Positions 62,085-64,000 of a DNA stretch of 64,000 bases are shown one piece after another. Below the pieces are notes generated by a model. It searched no databases and was not told the origin of the DNA. It saw nothing but the letters and a program-made list of their open reading frames with translations. The translations under genes and the position numbers were made by a program. The DNA comes from Cenococcum geophilum. Lineage: Eukaryota. Position 1 is the stretch's first letter. Each line of letters starts with the position of its first letter. The stretch spans positions 10,354,001 through 10,418,000 of the forward strand of contig CP158636.1 of NCBI GenBank assembly GCA_050273025.1, read 5' to 3'.

Positions 62085-63700
62085 TGTAAGGGTACTTTTG
62101 GTCCCTTACTTGGCTACATCCTGGGAGCACTCAGGGGCTGCCAAGGCTAGCCTTCGGCTAGGCCTTGGCCACCCCTTATAAGCTCCTCGGGCTTGCAGCC
62201 TCCTTCCTCCCCCATCGGTTCGTCTCTCTCTGTACTAGGCTATTGCCTACCCTCATTACCATATCGTCCTCTTCCATCGACTCTCCTTGTGACTCATGCT
62301 CGGCTTGCCTGCTCCCTACCGTACACCCTGGCAATATGCCTTACATTCGAACCGATCCTACACCCTCGCGGGTGGTAGCCTGCAGCAAGCCGAGGGCTTC
62401 GCCCTCGAGCAATTTCACGATCCTCCATTTTTACCTAGGACGACCGCGTACACTGCAGAGCAGGTACACCAGCAGACGCCTGGCAGATCGCATCCGCATA
62501 ACGGTGTTGGAATACGGATCAGGTCCTCTACCTTACCTAGGACGATCGCGTATGCTGCAGAGCAGCTACACCAGCAAGACGTCTGGCAGATCGCATCCGC
62601 TTACGGTGGCAGATACGGATCAGGAGACAAGGGAGACGGTAGCTACCTGGCCAAGGGTCAGGGGCTATCCGGATCGTACGCGATCATCTCTTGACGCGAT
62701 TGGTATACCTGCATACGATCGGCAGTGCAGCGGCGCAGCTCTGCCCCGACGGCGACCCGAAGGCGATTCGATTGCTATCCGAAAGCTTTCTGGCAGGAGT
62801 TAAGGGGGATCCTACGCGATCAAGCTTGCAATACTCTATAGGCCAACCACGGTTCACTTGCGCAGGGCAGTGCCACCAATAGAGCTTGGAAGGTTGAACG
62901 TCCTTAAAGAGATGCAGCTACCCTAGAGGCTATCCAATTGCTATTCAATGGCCATCCGAAGAACTGACGGCTAGCTTCTAAAGCTACAGCTACTACCATG
63001 CGCTTCCAGATCAAATGCAATTAGGGCTACGGCCTAACCCGGAAATTTTCCGGCTGTCAGCCATAGAGCTGCCGAGACTTAATCGCAGGCGATTGTCTCT
63101 TAGAGCTACGGCTCGTCCAAGAGCTACGGCTCGTCGATCGTACGCGATCATCTTTCCGCAAGGCTTTGGTCGCTCCAAGAGCTCCAGCTTGCATCAAGAG
63201 CTATAGCTTGCCCAAGAGAATGGCAGCAGCTCTTAGATCCTACGTGATCTCTTCTTATTGCCAATATTACTCCGTAATAACAGTGTAATTCAGAAGAAAG
63301 GAAACACGCGTATGGCTATTTGGCCATCACTTCCTTACAAAAACTGATTACGCGGCCGGGGGAAGGCAATTAAGGCGTCAGTTTAAAGTCTCTAAAAGAG
63401 CTACGTCTTACAAAGATCGTACGCGATCTCTTAGCAAGGCTTTGGTCGCTCCAAGAGCTCCAGCTTGCATCAAGAGCTATAGCTTGCCCAAAAGATATGG
63501 CAGCAGCTCAAAGATCTTACGCGATCATCTCTGCAAAGCTTTGGTTGCTCTAAGAGCTCTAGCTTACTTCAAAAGCTCACAAGATCCTATTACGGTTAAA
63601 TACCGACATCTCTCCGAATCCCTTCCGGGACGAGCCCTCTATAATCTCCCGCTACCGCAAGGTAATAGAGGGGGCTAACCGCAAGAAGGGGGGGGGGTAA
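62085..63700 (+). mobile_element. TRIM family copy 2: 5' LTR (62085-62345) and interior up to the PPT, no 3' LTR
   Basis: Colinear with 22137-23606; ends at AAGAAGGGGGGGGGG (~63683-63697); little RIP damage. Confidence 0.88.
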
Positions 63701-64000
63701 TATAAAGATATAAGAAACTAGTTAAAGAATACCCTAAAAAAGGAAGTAAGGAATAACTAGAAATGGTTTATAAACAAGTATACTTTTAACTTAAGCCTCC
63801 TCTATAATAAGGGCCTTTAGGCTATAGTAAAATAGGTATAAAAAAAGGTAGGGTATTTAGTAGAAAACTTATACTTACCGCCCCTATAGAGAGTAGGGAA
63901 ATTATAGGCTATTAATAACAATAATAAGAAGGCAAAAGTCCTTATAAAAAGGTTCTTCCCCTAACCGGCTTTAGTAAACCTTAGTAATATTATAGGTAAA

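Larger units (their letters stand above)
48546..64000 (+). mobile_element. Tad1-like LINE 5' UTR and ORF1 relic (pieces ~48546-48790, 60826-62084, ~63701-64000)
   Basis: Three tandem CCHC knuckles after de-RIPing at ~61655-61835 (QCQHC.QWGHTQSVC...CGYCAGPH....C...KCANC....HKAW....C); reading continues across the Gypsy insertion; 5' boundary approximate. Confidence 0.72.

Noticed and set aside
62165..63678. ORFs up to 212 aa in the TRIM
   Set aside because: They start inside the LTR, frames are not preserved in the copy at 22137, and no gag/pol motifs are present.

Overview
AT-rich, repeat-dense DNA from a filamentous ascomycete (Pezizomycotina-type), almost entirely nested transposons destroyed by repeat-induced point mutation (RIP: pervasive CA>TA and TG>TA changes, stop-riddled ORFs). 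Junctions and target-site duplications (TSDs) allow most of the nest to be rebuilt. On the left, a Tc1/mariner relic hosts a piggyBac and a Ty1/Copia element. That Copia hosts a Fot1/pogo relic, three chromoviral Ty3/Gypsy copies, a solo LTR and a GalEa-type Copia, which in turn host solo LTRs, a TRIM and three non-autonomous satellite-filled elements. On the right, a hAT relic hosts two solo LTRs and a Tad1-like LINE; the LINE hosts a fourth Gypsy (containing a second GalEa Copia) and a second TRIM copy. The only host gene (42952-46711, three exons, about 1200 codons) has an N-terminal HeLo-like domain and one in-frame TAA that looks like RIP leakage. It lies between two inverted ~155-bp hAT ends and has an antisense LTR just behind its stop codon. 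Most notable: (i) two palindromic, CCAAT-flanked cis modules shared between Gypsy and Copia superfamilies; (ii) one 12-bp satellite (GCACGAAGCTCT) carried by three elements with unrelated end chemistries; (iii) Tf1-type self-priming sites in four LTR families, including the TRIM; (iv) a piggyBac with non-TTAA flanks. All calls were made by eye; no database searches were run.
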